63,812 bases of DNA, filler included, from Choristocarpus tenellus KU-1152 (GCA_964200185.2; 12 parts of 12 records of this genome joined end to end with filler, not necessarily neighbours in it); one strand, 5' to 3'. Positions 39,920-52,645 are shown, counted from the first letter of the whole stretch. Notes: a model not told the origin generated them from the letters alone. Made by a program: numbers and translations.

Positions 39920-41759
39920 AAAGGTTCGAAAGAATGGAACACGGAATGAGGCATATTCTTACTACTTTTGAATATTCTTGCTGCAGTGTGGAGCCGCACA
40001 ACGCTCTCACAACCCCCATGGCGAGTCCCCACAGCCCGTCGCCCTTGGTATGAAGCCCACTGTCTTGTGGAAAGGACTGCGAGCTGACCGAGGAAGGTCG
40101 CACCGCACTCGCTCTGCGTTACACATTAGTTCTTCCTCCAGGTCACAAGAGGCCCCTGAGGGATGTGGTGTCTAAATTGGCGAAAGGCTTTGGACTGGGA
40201 GAGAGACACCCTTAGGTGGGTGTGGACGTAGGTCAAAGAACAGTTAGAAAGGGGGAATACTGTCTCCCTGAAATCACAAGCACGATCTGGATGACTGTCG
40301 GAGTTTACACCAAAGAAACAAGCGAAGATCTGGGAAATCAATGCCAGTAATCCCACGCTGATTATCGAGCAACTTTCCACCACGCTCATCAAAGCGGGCC
40401 TCACAGTCGGCAGCTCAAAGCTTCATCACTAGCTTGAAGCCATGGGGACAACGAGGGTTCAGTAGTGTGTTCCCCCTAGCCTTTTCGTTTTCTCACAAGA
40501 AGAACAGGGTGGGCTTCATCCTCGACCAGATCTCTCACAACTGCAAAGTCTATACAGGACTGGTCTCAACACCATTCACATCGGCATGTGAGCCAAAGTA
40601 TCTTACGGGGTAGGGCCGCGTTCATTTGGGGGCCAAAATCCAATGTTGCGATTTTGATGTAATTGTGGCTATCGTGTTTGTTAGGAAGTATCAGTATCCT
40701 TGTTCTGGACGTACCTTTTCATAACGTATATATTTGACCTACTTTGAAACATTTTGGAGTGGGAAAATGTCATAAAAAAACCCACGGGAAGCCAAGCCCC
40801 AGATAGATAAACAGGGCAAAACTCGTACCCTCTAAGATACTTTCACTCAGTCACAGTTCTACATCATCCGAAAACGAGAGATGGTGCGCATGTTCCCAGG
40901 GGAGGTAAAGGTGGGCTCAATGAAGGTGCAGCACAACAGTCACATTCCCAAAAAAGAGATGTTCATCTCCACCATATTGCGCCTGGATCGTTCCCATGAT
41001 TTCGATGGAAAGATTGGGATATGGTGGGTTTGTGTCACGAAAGAGGCGCAATGGACTACAGTGTGGCACGTGAAGGGCGAGGAGTGAGAGGTCGACGTCA
41101 CCATCGACACAGAGGGGTACCTGGAGTGGTACACGGAGCAGCTGTTGCCAGCAGCAATCAAGGAAAAAATGCTATAGCTGGAATTGGGGGGGGGCTCGAT
41201 ACAGCAGGATGGTGCAACCCCACATGTGGGCAAGTACATGACGCAGAAGCTGAACACAGCAGGGATGGAGGAGGGATGGAACATTGAGTTCATGACGCAG
41301 GCAGCATAGTCGCCGGATCTCAACATGAATGATTTGGGGGGGGTTGCATCTCTGAAGAGCAGGGTTTGGGAGGAGCTTTACGGCATCGTTGATGAATGTT
41401 AGAGGGGGTTTCAAGCATGTTCCATGCACATGACACAGACATGCTCGAGAGGGTGTGGCAGAGTCTGTTTAAAAGGTACAATAATAAGGTGTTAAGGCAC
41501 TGGGGTGGAACGGTGTCGAGGTAGAGCACACTGAGACCAAAAAGGCAGCAGGAGGGTGGGTTGGCTAGATCAGTCGAAGTAGACCAAGCAGCCTCCATGG
41601 TGGCCCTGGATTGGTGTGTTGACGGTGTCGAATAAAGCCGATACATAATTTTTCAATGTAATATATTCCAAGAAACCCAACTCGAAGGTCCGTTTTTATA
41701 ATCGGAGGTCATCCTGAAGAGCTGTAACTTAACGGCCCAGACCTATGGGACAGAGGGAG
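39920..41759 (+). mobile_element. Tc1/mariner element copy 1 (DD39D-clade-like, DD40D), defective; left TIR not seen
   Basis: Motifs HIPK.MF..RLD..FDGKIGIW, IQQDGATPH and *SPDLNMNDLG..SLKSRVW, with stops and frameshifts. Right TIR ..GGGACAGAGGGAG ends at 41759. Interrupted by MITE A. Confidence 0.9.
40590..40848 (-). mobile_element. MITE family A copy nested in mariner transposase
   Basis: GAGCCAAAGTATCTTACGGGGTA...TACCCTCTAAGATACTTTCACTC, lying between TIHI and SQFY of the transposase. Confidence 0.93.
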
Positions 41760-41944
41760 TGTATGTATTAATTTCTTGTCTTTGGCATTTGCCTGTTCAG
41801 AGCGTTGAAGCCATTAGATTTGGTCCACGCAGGGGTGCGTGGGATAGGAAACTCTTGTGAACTTCTTTTGCCGCACCAAATAAATGGATCGTGTGGCAGT
41901 TTCAAGTTGTGTTGTGTATTTTTCTTTATTCACAGAGGACACTT

Positions 41945-42480
41945 GAGGACAACTCGGAGTCAATCGTCAATATCTCATGGTCTTGACAACCAGGAGTAAC
42001 AAATGTGCACTTGGACTAGGTCAAGTGTGAGATGAGAAAATTCGAACAGTGGACCTTTTTAGGCCAACTCTGAGGCATGTTATTTGCCATTCATGTCCTT
42101 GACAACCAAGTTTAACAGGTGTGCATTCGGACTACAACAAGCGTAAGACGAGAAAAAATTGTAGCAGTGGATCCTCTCAGGCCAACTCGAAATTTAATAT
42201 TTTGTCAATTATGGACTGGGCACCCAGTGGAGCCAAATACGAGCTCAGATTCGGTCAGGAGCGCGACGTAGTAATCACAATTTTAGGCAAACTCAGTGCC
42301 ATAACCTTTGTAACTCCCGGACAAGGCATCCAGGGGCACTAAATGAACGCTCTGACTAGGTCAGGGGTGGAATGGGAAAATTAGAACATAGGACCCTTTG
42401 GGGCCAACTCTGAGCCGTATCCTTTCTCACTCATAGACTAGGTAGCCAGGGTTAACGAATTCTTCACTCGGGTTAGGGCG
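41945..42480. repeat. Degenerate ~115-bp tandem repeat, about 5 units
   Basis: Anchor GG(C/A)(C/A)AACTC at 41947, 42062, 42180, 42286 and 42402; CTTGACAACCA at 41982 and 42098. Confidence 0.7.
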
Positions 42481-43325
42481 TCTGAGGATCCAGTAACTAG
42501 AGTATGATTGAAGTGGTGGACATTTTCTGTTCCAACTTATTGTAGTCATCTGCGAGGAGCGAGAAGGGATCATATGCACGGCTCATGCTAGGGGGGGAAG
42601 TTAAAGGGCGAGCGTCATTTGTTCTTATGTTGTTTGTGCCCTAATTGGCACGAGTCACGAATATGTGGTATAGCCAAAATGGTGGATTGGAGTTTCCGTT
42701 GTCACTCCTTAAGAATAATGACATCAGAATTATCACCGATATTCAGATCACTTCTGCTATCTGATATGTGTGACTCTCAGATCGTTTTGGTGGGCATTGA
42801 TAATATCACACCTCAATGAGAACAACATAGTCAGTACATCCCAAAAATATATGCAACTTTATGACAGCAAACATCTGAACTGATAATAGGATCTGTTACA
42901 GGCGCCCCTCAATGCTCACCTTCCAGGATGTACAACTCAAATCCAACGACCTTAAAACGATGCTATNNNNNNNNNNNNNNNNNNNNNNNNNNNNNNNNNN
43001 NNNNNNNNNNTTAATTAATTAANNNNNNNNNNNNNNNNNNNNNNNNNNNNNNNNNNNNNNNNNNNNATCCCAGTCAATTTTGGGTCAAGCCCATCCTCAA
43101 TGAAAAGCTCCGTCCTCAATTTTTGAAATCGGCTGTTAAATCCTCTTGTCTCAAAATATATTGGTATTTCCTATTTTTGCAAATGTACTTTGCATCTGTT
43201 GAGGCGGCTGAGGGAGGGTTGGGGAAGAAAAGTTGATTGTGGGATATGACAGGGGGAAGTTATATCAGGACTGGGGTGTAAATGAAAAATATGAGGGAAG
43301 GTATTAAAGAAGGTTGTCAAATTAT

Positions 43326-43586
43326 GAGCCAAAGTATCCTAGAGGGTAGATCCGCGTCCATTTGGGGGTCAAAATCCAATATTGCGATTTCGGTGTAATT
43401 TTGGGTATCGTGTTTGCTAGGAAGTGTTAATATCCATATTCTGGACACACCATTTCATAACGCATAATTTTAACTACTCCGAAATATTTTGGAATAGGAA
43501 AATGTCATTAAAAAAAACATGGGAAGCCTAGCCCCAAATAATGGACAAACAGGGCAAAATTTGCACCCTCTAAGATACTTTCACTC
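43326..43586 (-). mobile_element. MITE family A copy, TSD TTAT
   Basis: ttat|GAGCCAAAGTATCCTAGAGGGTA...CACCCTCTAAGATACTTTCACTC|ttat. Confidence 0.95.
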
Positions 43587-43663
43587 TTATGACAATTGAC
43601 AGTTCAATATTTATTCCCTAATCCAATCACTAGATGGTGCTACCTATTTGCACGAACAGTATA

Positions 43664-45779
43664 CTCCCTCTGTCCCATAATACTGAGCCGTTAAGTTGTA
43701 TCTCTTTGGGATGACCTCCGATTACACTAAAAAACTAAATTTCAAATAATTCTACATGCAATAGTTGTTGAAAAGCTTAGTGCATGAAAAGGCTCGTTGC
43801 CCAAAGCCGCTGGTTGAGTTACATGGTGAGCATACACTGAATATTATTTATCTGCTGGGCATTTGTCTTAGCCATCAATTACCTCTGCCATACGACTAAA
43901 GACTGACCCATCATACTGCCATGTAAGTTACTACTTTGTAAGTTACTACTTTGTGTTGTACCAAACTAAAGACAAATGTACATGAAACTATGTTATACAC
44001 TTGTATCAGTACATAAAATGTAAGGATAACACTAGGTTATTCAACATCCTCTCCTTGCTGAAAACAAGTTTTAACTCTGGAACAATCACACTAAAAAAAA
44101 AAAGTGGAGTTTTTAATGAACATATTTGGTAATATGTGTGTTGTTTTTTTTACAATTTTGAGATACCCCGGTGTTGAAGAGCTTAGCGCATGAAAAGGCT
44201 CATTGCCCAAAGCCACCGGTTGAGTTACATGGTGAACTTACACTGAATATTAATTATCCGCTGGGCCTTTGTCTTAGCCATCAATTGTCTTTGACTTACG
44301 ACCAAAGACTGACCCATCATACCGCTATGTAGGTTACTACTTTGTGTTGTACCGAACTAAAGATAAACGTACATGAAACTATGTTACATACTTGTATCAG
44401 TATATACAACAGAAGGATAGCACTAGGTTATTTGACAATGGTTCCGAAAGAATGGAACGCAGAATGGGGCAAATTCTTATCATTGTTGAATGTTCCTGCT
44501 GCAGCATTTGAGCCACACAACACTCTTACAACCCCCACAGCCTGTTGTCCCCAGGTCAAAGCCCACTGTCTCGGGGAAAGAACTGCGAGCTGACCGAGGA
44601 CGGTTGGACCAAACCTGCTGTGTGTTATGCATTGGCTCTTCCTCCGGGTCATAAGCGGCTCCCGAGGGGTGTGGGGTCTAAATTAGCAAAAGAATTTGGA
44701 GTGGGAGAGAGACATCCTAGACGGGTTAGGGTGCGCGTCAAAGAACAGATAAACAGGGAGAATGCTGTCTATCTGAAATCACAAGTACGATCTGGACGGC
44801 TGTTGGACCTTACGCCAATGAAACAAGCGAAGATCCGGGAAATCAACACCATTAATTGTATGCTGAATATCAACCAACTTTCCACCAAGCTTGCTGAAGC
44901 AGGTCTTGGCAGATTAAAACTTCATTGCTGACTCAAAGCCATGGGGGCAACGAGAGTTCAGCTGCTCTTCACCCCTACCCTTTCGTTTCTCTCAAGAAGA
45001 ACAGAGTGGACATCATCCTCAATCAGATCTCTGGAACTGCAAAACCTACAGGACTGGTCTCTACATCATTCACATTTACGAGGCGTGATTCTACCTTATC
45101 CGCAAATGAGAGATTGTGTGCATGTTGGCAGGGGAGGAAAAGGTGGGTTCAATGAAGATGCAGCACAAGAGAGTCATTCCCAAAGTGATGTTCATCTCTT
45201 CCGTTTTGCGCCCGGGTCCTTTCCATGGTTTCAACGGGAAGATCAGGATCTGGCAGGTTTAAGTCACGAAGGAGGTGCAACAGACTACAGCACGGCATAT
45301 GAGGGGCGAGGAATACGAGGTAGATTTCACTGTTGATGTCAAGCCGTACCTGGAGTGGTACACGGGGCAGCTGTTGCCAGTGATCAAGGAATAATGCTGT
45401 GGTTGGAATCGGGGGGGGCCTCCATACAGCAGGACGGCGCGATCGATGTTTTGCGTACAACACAGACACACTCGAGAGGGTGTGGCAGAGTCTGTTTAAG
45501 AGGTACAGTCAGGTGTTAAGGGCACTGGGGGGGAACGATTTTGAGGTAGAGCACAACGGGACAAAAAAAGGCAGTGGGAGGGTGGGTTGGCTAGATCAGT
45601 CGAAGTGGACCAAGTGGCCTCCATGGTGGCCCTGGAGTGGTGGGTTGACAGTGTCGAATAAAGGTGAGACATGTACTTTAATGTAAAATATTCCGATCCA
45701 ATGCAAAGGTCTGTTTTGTAATTGGAGGTCATCCTGAAGAGCTATAACTTAACGGGCCAAACCTACGGGACAGAGGGAG
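43664..45779 (+). mobile_element. Tc1/mariner element copy 2 with both TIRs and TA TSD; transposase defective
   Basis: ta|CTCCCTCTGTCCC..GCCGTTAAGTT..GGATGACCTCC ... GGAGGTCATCC..AACTTAACGG..GGGACAGAGGGAG|ta (imperfect TIR of ~60 bp). Transposase remnant ~44570-45660; the segment between QQDGA and AYNTDTLERVW is deleted. Confidence 0.93.
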
Positions 45780-45899
45780 TACCCGGCTTGAATCTAAGAA
45801 TCACTTAGTGGTAGCATTAGGATCGACAAACACATATATTTGCAAAGAACTATGTTTGCTTCCCTTCTTTAGCATTCTTTTCTAACCAGTACCGCAGTC

Positions 45900-47560
45900 C
45901 ACCGATCGTCCTTCAATGCCAGAAGTTGGTGCCATAGCTAGTCGAGCGGATGTAACTGGAATAAAAGGAGGGTGTTACCAGCCGTGCAAGGTCTGGGTAA
46001 GTCAACTTATTATGCTGTGAACAAGGGTACCCTCACCAATATTTCCACGGACTAAAGAAAATCGATTGATGGTTCAAATAATTCAAATCGTATGCGAAGA
46101 GGCATGTGAAGGGTGTCAAGGCAAAAGGCTCCCCATTTAGAGAGGTACCCTGCCGGACATGTGATAATTTGGACTTACCTACACTCCCTCATTTCTGTGG
46201 CCATTCTCCACTGCTTCTCCCAGATCTCTACAACTCTTGTCTGAGATGGATTAATTGCAGATTATGCTTTCTGCAAGAACGGGTTCATCATACCATTGTC
46301 TAAACTGCGCATGTGTATATGAGAGGACATGCCCTGGCACATGGACTCCTACAGATTCGACCCAAAGCCTCCACAGATATCAGGAGAATTCACAGTCAGC
46401 CATGGAGAGATGTATGCACTGAATATCTTACTTAGTGATCTTGTGGTTAGGATAACCCCATGGCGGTCTAACCTTCTTATTGAAAATAGAAGAAAAGAGA
46501 GTAACTGAAAGATAAGAATAGTTGGGCTGCTTTCAGGATTGCTTGTCAATGAATTGAATCGAGATAAATCAATTGGCGCAATTCACAACACAATTAAATT
46601 TCTCTCTAAACGCCTTTTCTGAGCCGTCCCGTAACCAGCCGTTTCGAACACTGGTACTCGCAACATCAGCTCTCCTCTGTTCCTGTTATACGATATATTG
46701 TCCATTCTCTACATTATTAAAACTATATGGCCCATGCACAACAATAGTATCAGAAGTAGCAGCAATATACTCAATGCCAAATATACGCTTTCATATTACT
46801 ATGTATTCAGATGATTTGGTTATATTGTTTAGAACATTGACCAAATTGCTACTCATTGAAAGACTGGAGTTTTTTTTTTATGGAAGTAAGATTGTTTCAG
46901 GAGGATCCTTGACAATTTGTCCCATGGCCCTTAAAAAGAAAAGGGGGCAAAATAGGACTCCCAATCCTATTGTCAATGCCATTCAATTCAGGCCCTTGCT
47001 TCAAGTTCAAACTCCTAAACCTTCACGAGATGGATGTTATCCCAACCTAATTATTGAAATTATGTTCACGGACCATAGAACATCAATCCATGTATTACTG
47101 CTTGAACTATTCCCTACTGCAAAGTACGAAGAAAAGTGAAATGTAGCTGCGTCTGGTAAGGTATCTATTATGTTATGTACAGGTGGATTGTGATGGATAC
47201 CACTACTTTCGGGATTACCTTTTGCTCCATTTACTTTTGTAGGCCCATTCCGCGGACAGCCTGAAAGGATCATCCTTGTTTGAACTGGATGTAACAACCT
47301 CAGATCCATTTCCAGGAGGTTAATCTCAACATAGCTTCTGTATACAGGAGACTCAAACCTCCTTCATTGGCACACAAATATCCCTTGAGGCTATGCCTGT
47401 GATGCCCGTCCCTTCCTTCACCTTTGGCATAACTACTACACCAGCTCTTCAGCATTTGGGACGGGCATTCCACCTGGGGGATTCCACCCGGGGGATGAAC
47501 CCATCTATGTAGCATCAAAGACACACATGCTATCTCTATGCATCCTTTCTGTTCGACACA
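45900..47560 (-). mobile_element. Decayed non-LTR retrotransposon RT region
   Basis: GGIPQVECPSQML (~47455-47495) resembles the RT motif G+PQG..LSP.L. Followed by broken coding-like sequence. Confidence 0.45.
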
Positions 47561-47595
47561 CCATGAATGACCTCGCCACAATTCGCCAGGTCTTA

Positions 47596-50181
47596 CTATG
47601 ACATTGGCGCTGATGGAGAGAGTTCTACTCTTGTTCTCGCATCTCTCTCCCTTGCCACCAATCCGATTTCTTCTACTAGCCACTCCCCAAACACACGGTT
47701 GCTAGAGAAAGCTATCACCTGCTCTCTTGACAAAACACACACACACACACACAAAAAGTGAAACATTAAGGGTGAGTAGCTAACACAGTGGGCGTGAAAT
47801 AAGCAGCACGGGTACTACACAGTATGTGTAGCACTAAGTATGATGCATTGACCTAAACAGATGTAGTACCTCTGCACTATTCCCTAACCCTTTACTGTAG
47901 TATCATTCAGAGTCAAGGTGAATGAGAGGTACTTAGATTTGCATTTTGAGGATGCTGGTAAATATGTGCAAAGTTTGGCTTTTTACAAACATGTATAGGA
48001 TACTTTCGAAATTGTGTTGAAAATTTTCAGAGAAATCAGTCCTCTCAAGTCAATTGTAGCGCTTCATCCTTAGATATGTATGGGTGAATAGCAACATTTT
48101 TGAAAAAGTGACTCATAACGCAAAACGGCCAAAAGCTAGGTACCTCTCATTCACCTTAGCTCTCAACCCCTCCACAAACCAAACGAAAAGTACATATACA
48201 CCCCACGCTTGTAACACAATTGTGCAGTCCACTGGAGTACAAACTAGAAATTGTATATGATAGCGAAACAGGCACCTGCTGATACTACAAATCTATACCC
48301 ACAGAAATTGGTGACCAAAGCACCACATCACACCTCAATATCAGCGCTTGCCTGTTTTGCAATTCACAATACACATCATGATTGATAATTCCCTTTTGAC
48401 TTTCTGTACAGTACACACTAGCAATAGGATCAGATGCAAGGGAAGAGCACATTTAAGATAGGTGTAGTGGTGGCTAGAAGTCAAACCATTGAAACATGAA
48501 GCTGTTATCACAACAATCGCTGTAGGCAATGAAAACGTAAAAGTGCATATAGGCTGGGTGAAGACCACTAGGAGTCATCCATTTTTATTTCCTTGCCCTA
48601 ACTGAGCTCATAAAAATGGACCATATACAAATGTGCAAGAAGGACCCACACTCAGCTACAACTATCTACCAAAAGACAGAGAGCAATCTTTTGGGGGGTG
48701 CTTTTTGAGTCGTATGTGTAGGATGCTTGTAGGAATAATGAAAATAGTGCTCTAATCCCATAAAAGTGCTCATTTGGGTGATTTAAAAAGCCTCTGCTTC
48801 AGCTTACAGCACCTAGGACGAACAGCATCTCTTCAAGCTTACAGCACCTAGTTCCTTTAAAGTAAATAGATTTGGTGATCTTAAACAAGCATCAGTCTAC
48901 TTGGATACAGTCCTTGTTGGTTAATCATTGCCTTTTCTGTTTGGCTTGCCTCAAGGTGTTTTGAGAAGGAGACTGTGATGCCCACGAGGCGAAGAGCTTC
49001 CACACGAGGTTTCAATCGATTCTGCAAGCTTACTGATAAAAGACGGGGCTGCTTGATCACCTGCTCTTGGACCTGGAAAAGGAACCAGAAATCACAGTTC
49101 ACAACAAAGACAGAGCAGAGCAGAGCAGAGCAGAGCAGAGCAGAGCAGAGCAGGGGCGGATCTATCAAGTTAAACCTGACCTTAATCCAGCGATGATCTG
49201 AACTCTCTCGAAGTGTTGTCGTCGATATCCAACTCTGGAAGGGACAATGAAGTAACGTCAGGATATATATATATATATATGTTGTAGGAGATATGGGGCG
49301 TCCTAATGGATTAAACCAATATATTTTTCCATCTATCAACAAGAACATCCCACTACACACTCTCTGCTAACCAAATCCCAAGAACTTCCATGATACAGTA
49401 GCTCACTTGGCCACGAAAATAACTGACCCCAATAACTGATTTGTGCACTGAAATGTGCTACAAAGTGCATAGCACTGACTATTTAGCCAATTTCCATATT
49501 CGAGGAGGTCAACACAAGAACTTCAAGTAGATGTTTGACAAGTCAGAAACACTGAGGACAACATGATCACCACCAAGGACTCACATCACCAGGGATGGCC
49601 TGTTTATCAGACATGCACCTGGAAGTTGTGAGAGGCAGTGAATTGATGTACTTCAAACAGAAGCTGTGACTCATCAAACCTTTGCCATGCAAACTGCTCA
49701 GAGCACAGGCTCTAGCAGCGCCGTAATGTTTACAGCAAGGATCAAATTACCTTTTTGACAAGACCTACAGTTTGCTTCCTGAGTCTAATGCAGGGTGTCT
49801 GTTTCATACAGAAACGACAAGGTGCTGGAGGCTTGCCTATCCTATTCACTTAACCCAATCGAACAATTTAGCTATATATATATATATATAAATGTATGTA
49901 GTATGTACATGCATATACATTTGAACATGCATTTGACAGCACAAGTAAGCATGCTTCATCACAAGCTTGTTTATTTGCAACAATGCCTGCTCCCCACAAA
50001 ACAGCACCCAACCCTTGGTTCCAGACACATTTCTATTGAGAAAACAACACACCCACCCAACCATCCATAGGACACCATACAAAAGGATCACAAGTGATAT
50101 CTACTCTACTATACCCTAACCCTAACCCACCTGAGCCTTTGTAGCGCCCATGGTAAACCAGAAAAAATCCAGGGAAGGCAT
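47596..50181 (-). CDS. mTERF-family protein, last three exons
   Basis: Exons 50181-50131, 49072-48950 (GC donor GAG|GCAAGC) and 47718-47596 (TAG): MPSLDFFWFTMGATKAQVQEQVIKQPRLLSVSLQNRLKPRVEALR..HLEVIAFSSNRVFGEWL..*. P.LL..SL..RLKPR is the mTERF repeat signature. Confidence 0.85.
47910..48162. mobile_element. MITE family D (single copy, in mTERF intron)
   Basis: GAGTCAAGGTGAATGAGAGGTAC...GTACCTCTCATTCACCTTAGCTC inverted termini. TSD not preserved. Confidence 0.8.
49111..49153. repeat. (CAGAG)n microsatellite upstream of an mTERF acceptor
   Basis: About 8 copies; reads (CTCTG)n on the sense strand. Confidence 0.9.
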
Positions 50182-50361
50182 CTTGAAACACAGAGTCAGT
50201 ATTGCATCACACATGGAAAGAATGGGATACGCATCCACCAACCCCCCACCCCCCCGCCCCCCCACAAAAAGAAAAAGAAGAAAAAAAAGAACAGGCAGTG
50301 CGTGATCCATTCAAGGGTTGTCAACTGAAGCAGTCGCCCATGTTGAGTGGGTGTAGTAGGT

Positions 50362-50620
50362 GAACCAAAGTATCCTAGAGGGTAGAGCTGCGTCCATTTG
50401 TGGGTCAAAATCTAATGTTGTCATTTTGATGTGATTTTGGGTATTGTGTTTGTTAGGAAGTGTCAATATCCATGTTCTGGGCACACCTTTTCATAACTTA
50501 CACACTTTACCTACTCCGAAACATTTTGAGGTAGGAAAATGTAATAAAAAAACCCAAGGGAAGTCAAGCCCCAAATGGACAAACAGGGCAAAAATCGTAC
50601 TCTCTAAGATACTTTCACTC
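50362..50620 (-). mobile_element. MITE family A copy
   Basis: GAACCAAAGTATCCTAGAGGGTA...TACTCTCTAAGATACTTTCACTC. Confidence 0.92.
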
Positions 50621-50624
50621 CTTA

Positions 50625-51573
50625 CTAGAACAGCAGTTCAAAGCGTTACAAGCAGCAGGTTTAACGTTGAAACCGTCAAAGATCCAGTTTGGAACCAAAA
50701 AAGTACGTTGTTACCTTGGTCACATTTTATCGTCTGAAGGGATTCGTATCGGTGAGGATCGTGTCCGTGCAATCACTGAATTACCCAAACCCACCACTAT
50801 CAAAGAACTTCGATCTGTCCTAGGTATGATAAATTTTGTGCATCAATTCATACCCAACTTAGCCACTGTAATCGAACCGTTAGTTCTTATCTCTAAGAAA
50901 GGTGTCAATAAGAGAGTGGATAAAGAATGGGGATTGGACCAGGACGTGGCATTTTTTAAAGTAAAACAATTACTCACTGCTGCCCCGGTTCTCGTGTTCC
51001 CTGACTTTACCAAAGAATTCATCATCCATGTTGATGCCAGTGAGAGTGGTGCTGGAGGGTTTTTAGAACAACCTCGATCCGATAATCCTGCAGACCTAGG
51101 TATATCTGTGGGAGGGGGGGGGTCTACACCAGGGTGACCATTTGGGCCAAAATCAGGAAAAAGTGTACTTGCATTTTCCATCCGACGTATGCAACAAAAT
51201 CATCCAAAAATCACAACGTGAAAAAATTGACCCCAAATGGACAGCCACCACCACCCCCCAGATACTTTGAGCCTATCATTGCATACTTCAGCAAGAAATT
51301 AATGAAACTCAACTTAATTATTCAGCTACATTAAGAGAGTGTTACGCAGTCGTTACAGCCATCACGCATTGGCGACCGTATCTTTGGGGTAGACACTTCA
51401 CCTGCATCACAGATCATGCCGCATTGTGTTACTTGTATAGAATGCAGGATACCAGTAACATGCTTACCCGTTGGGCTATTGCTCTTCAAGCGTATGATTT
51501 CACAGTCAAGCACAAGCCCGGTAAGCTCAATGTTATACCTGATACTCTATCTCGTATTTTCAAGTTTGAGGGA
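50625..51573 (+). mobile_element. Ty3/Gypsy pol fragment (RT C-terminus + RNase H), interrupted by MITE C
   Basis: YLGHILSSEGI..PTTIKELRSVLGMINF..LLTAAPVLVFPDFTKEFIIHVDASESGAG..IIAYFSK..ECYAVV..HWRPYLWGRHFTCITDHAAL..LTRWAIALQAYDFTVKHKPGKLNVIPDTLSR. Confidence 0.95.
51099..51273. mobile_element. MITE family C copy nested in Gypsy RNase H
   Basis: Lies between NPADL and IIAYFS. Ends ccccccagatactttgagcc; the other end is eroded. Confidence 0.85.
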
Positions 51574-52389
51574 NNNNNNNNNNNNNNNNNNNNNNNNNNN
51601 NNNNNNNNNNNNNNNNNTTAATTAATTAANNNNNNNNNNNNNNNNNNNNNNNNNNNNNNNNNNNNNNNNNNNNCAGACTTAAGATTAAGAAAGGTCCATA
51701 CCTCCATGCACCCTCATACACCTTGAATGACACCATCAAATAATCTATACATTGATTGGGAAGAGGTATGTTGCAAAGTATATTCCAGGGGAACAATTGT
51801 GCACAAATGCCATCCCTTCGCATTTCAAGAGAAAAATTATCACCTAAGAACAACAAGTATTGGCAAATGTTGCCACAATACCAGTGAACAAGCGAAATAT
51901 ACAAGGAGGATAAGTGCCTGCCCATTGTGTAGCACAGGGTGCAATAAGAATCAAACACTAACCCCAATACTTCTTGAATGATGCCTCTAGATACCACATG
52001 ATAATAAACAAAGAACTCTGAAGAGATTGTGCGGCTTGCCATAAGATTAGGGTGTGGCAAAAGTAATCTATACATGAGTTAGGGTTAGGGTTATTCATTC
52101 ATGCAGGATCAGCAGTTTTCTTGGTACTCAGATTACTCATCTATATGGAGTGTACACAAAATACAAAAGGCACTCCTGTCAGTCACCTTGTACTTGAAAG
52201 AGTTGAAAAGAACAGCTCCAGTGCACAATAGAAGTTGTATGCACTTCAAAAACGATATGTAAGTACATGTATCTTATTACTATTGATGCTTGGGGTCAGG
52301 CAAAAAGAAATTTGATGAGAACACAACTTAAAAAAGATTAGACAACATCAGGGGGAAAAAGTCTGGGATGAGTGTTTCGAGCAGACATA

Positions 52390-52645
52390 GAGATGAAGTA
52401 TCTTAGAGGGTAGAGTTGCATCCATTTGGGGCCCAAAATCCGATATTGCGATCTTGATGTAATTCTAGCTATCGTGTTTGCTAGGAAGTGACGATATCCA
52501 TGTTCCAGACACACCTTTTCATAACTTATACACTATCTAATCCTAAACATTTTGGAGTAGGAAAATGTCGTGAAGAACCCATGGGAAGCAAAGCCCCAAA
52601 TGGACAAACAGGGCAAAACTCGTACCCTCTAAGATACTTTCACTC
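52390..52645 (-). mobile_element. MITE family A copy
   Basis: GAGATGAAGTATCTTAGAGGGTA...TACCCTCTAAGATACTTTCACTC. Confidence 0.92.

Noticed and set aside
49751-49798. Possible extra 48-nt mTERF exon (TPCIRLRKQTVGLVKK)
   Set aside because: The flanking exons already join into a normal mTERF repeat; this would interrupt it.
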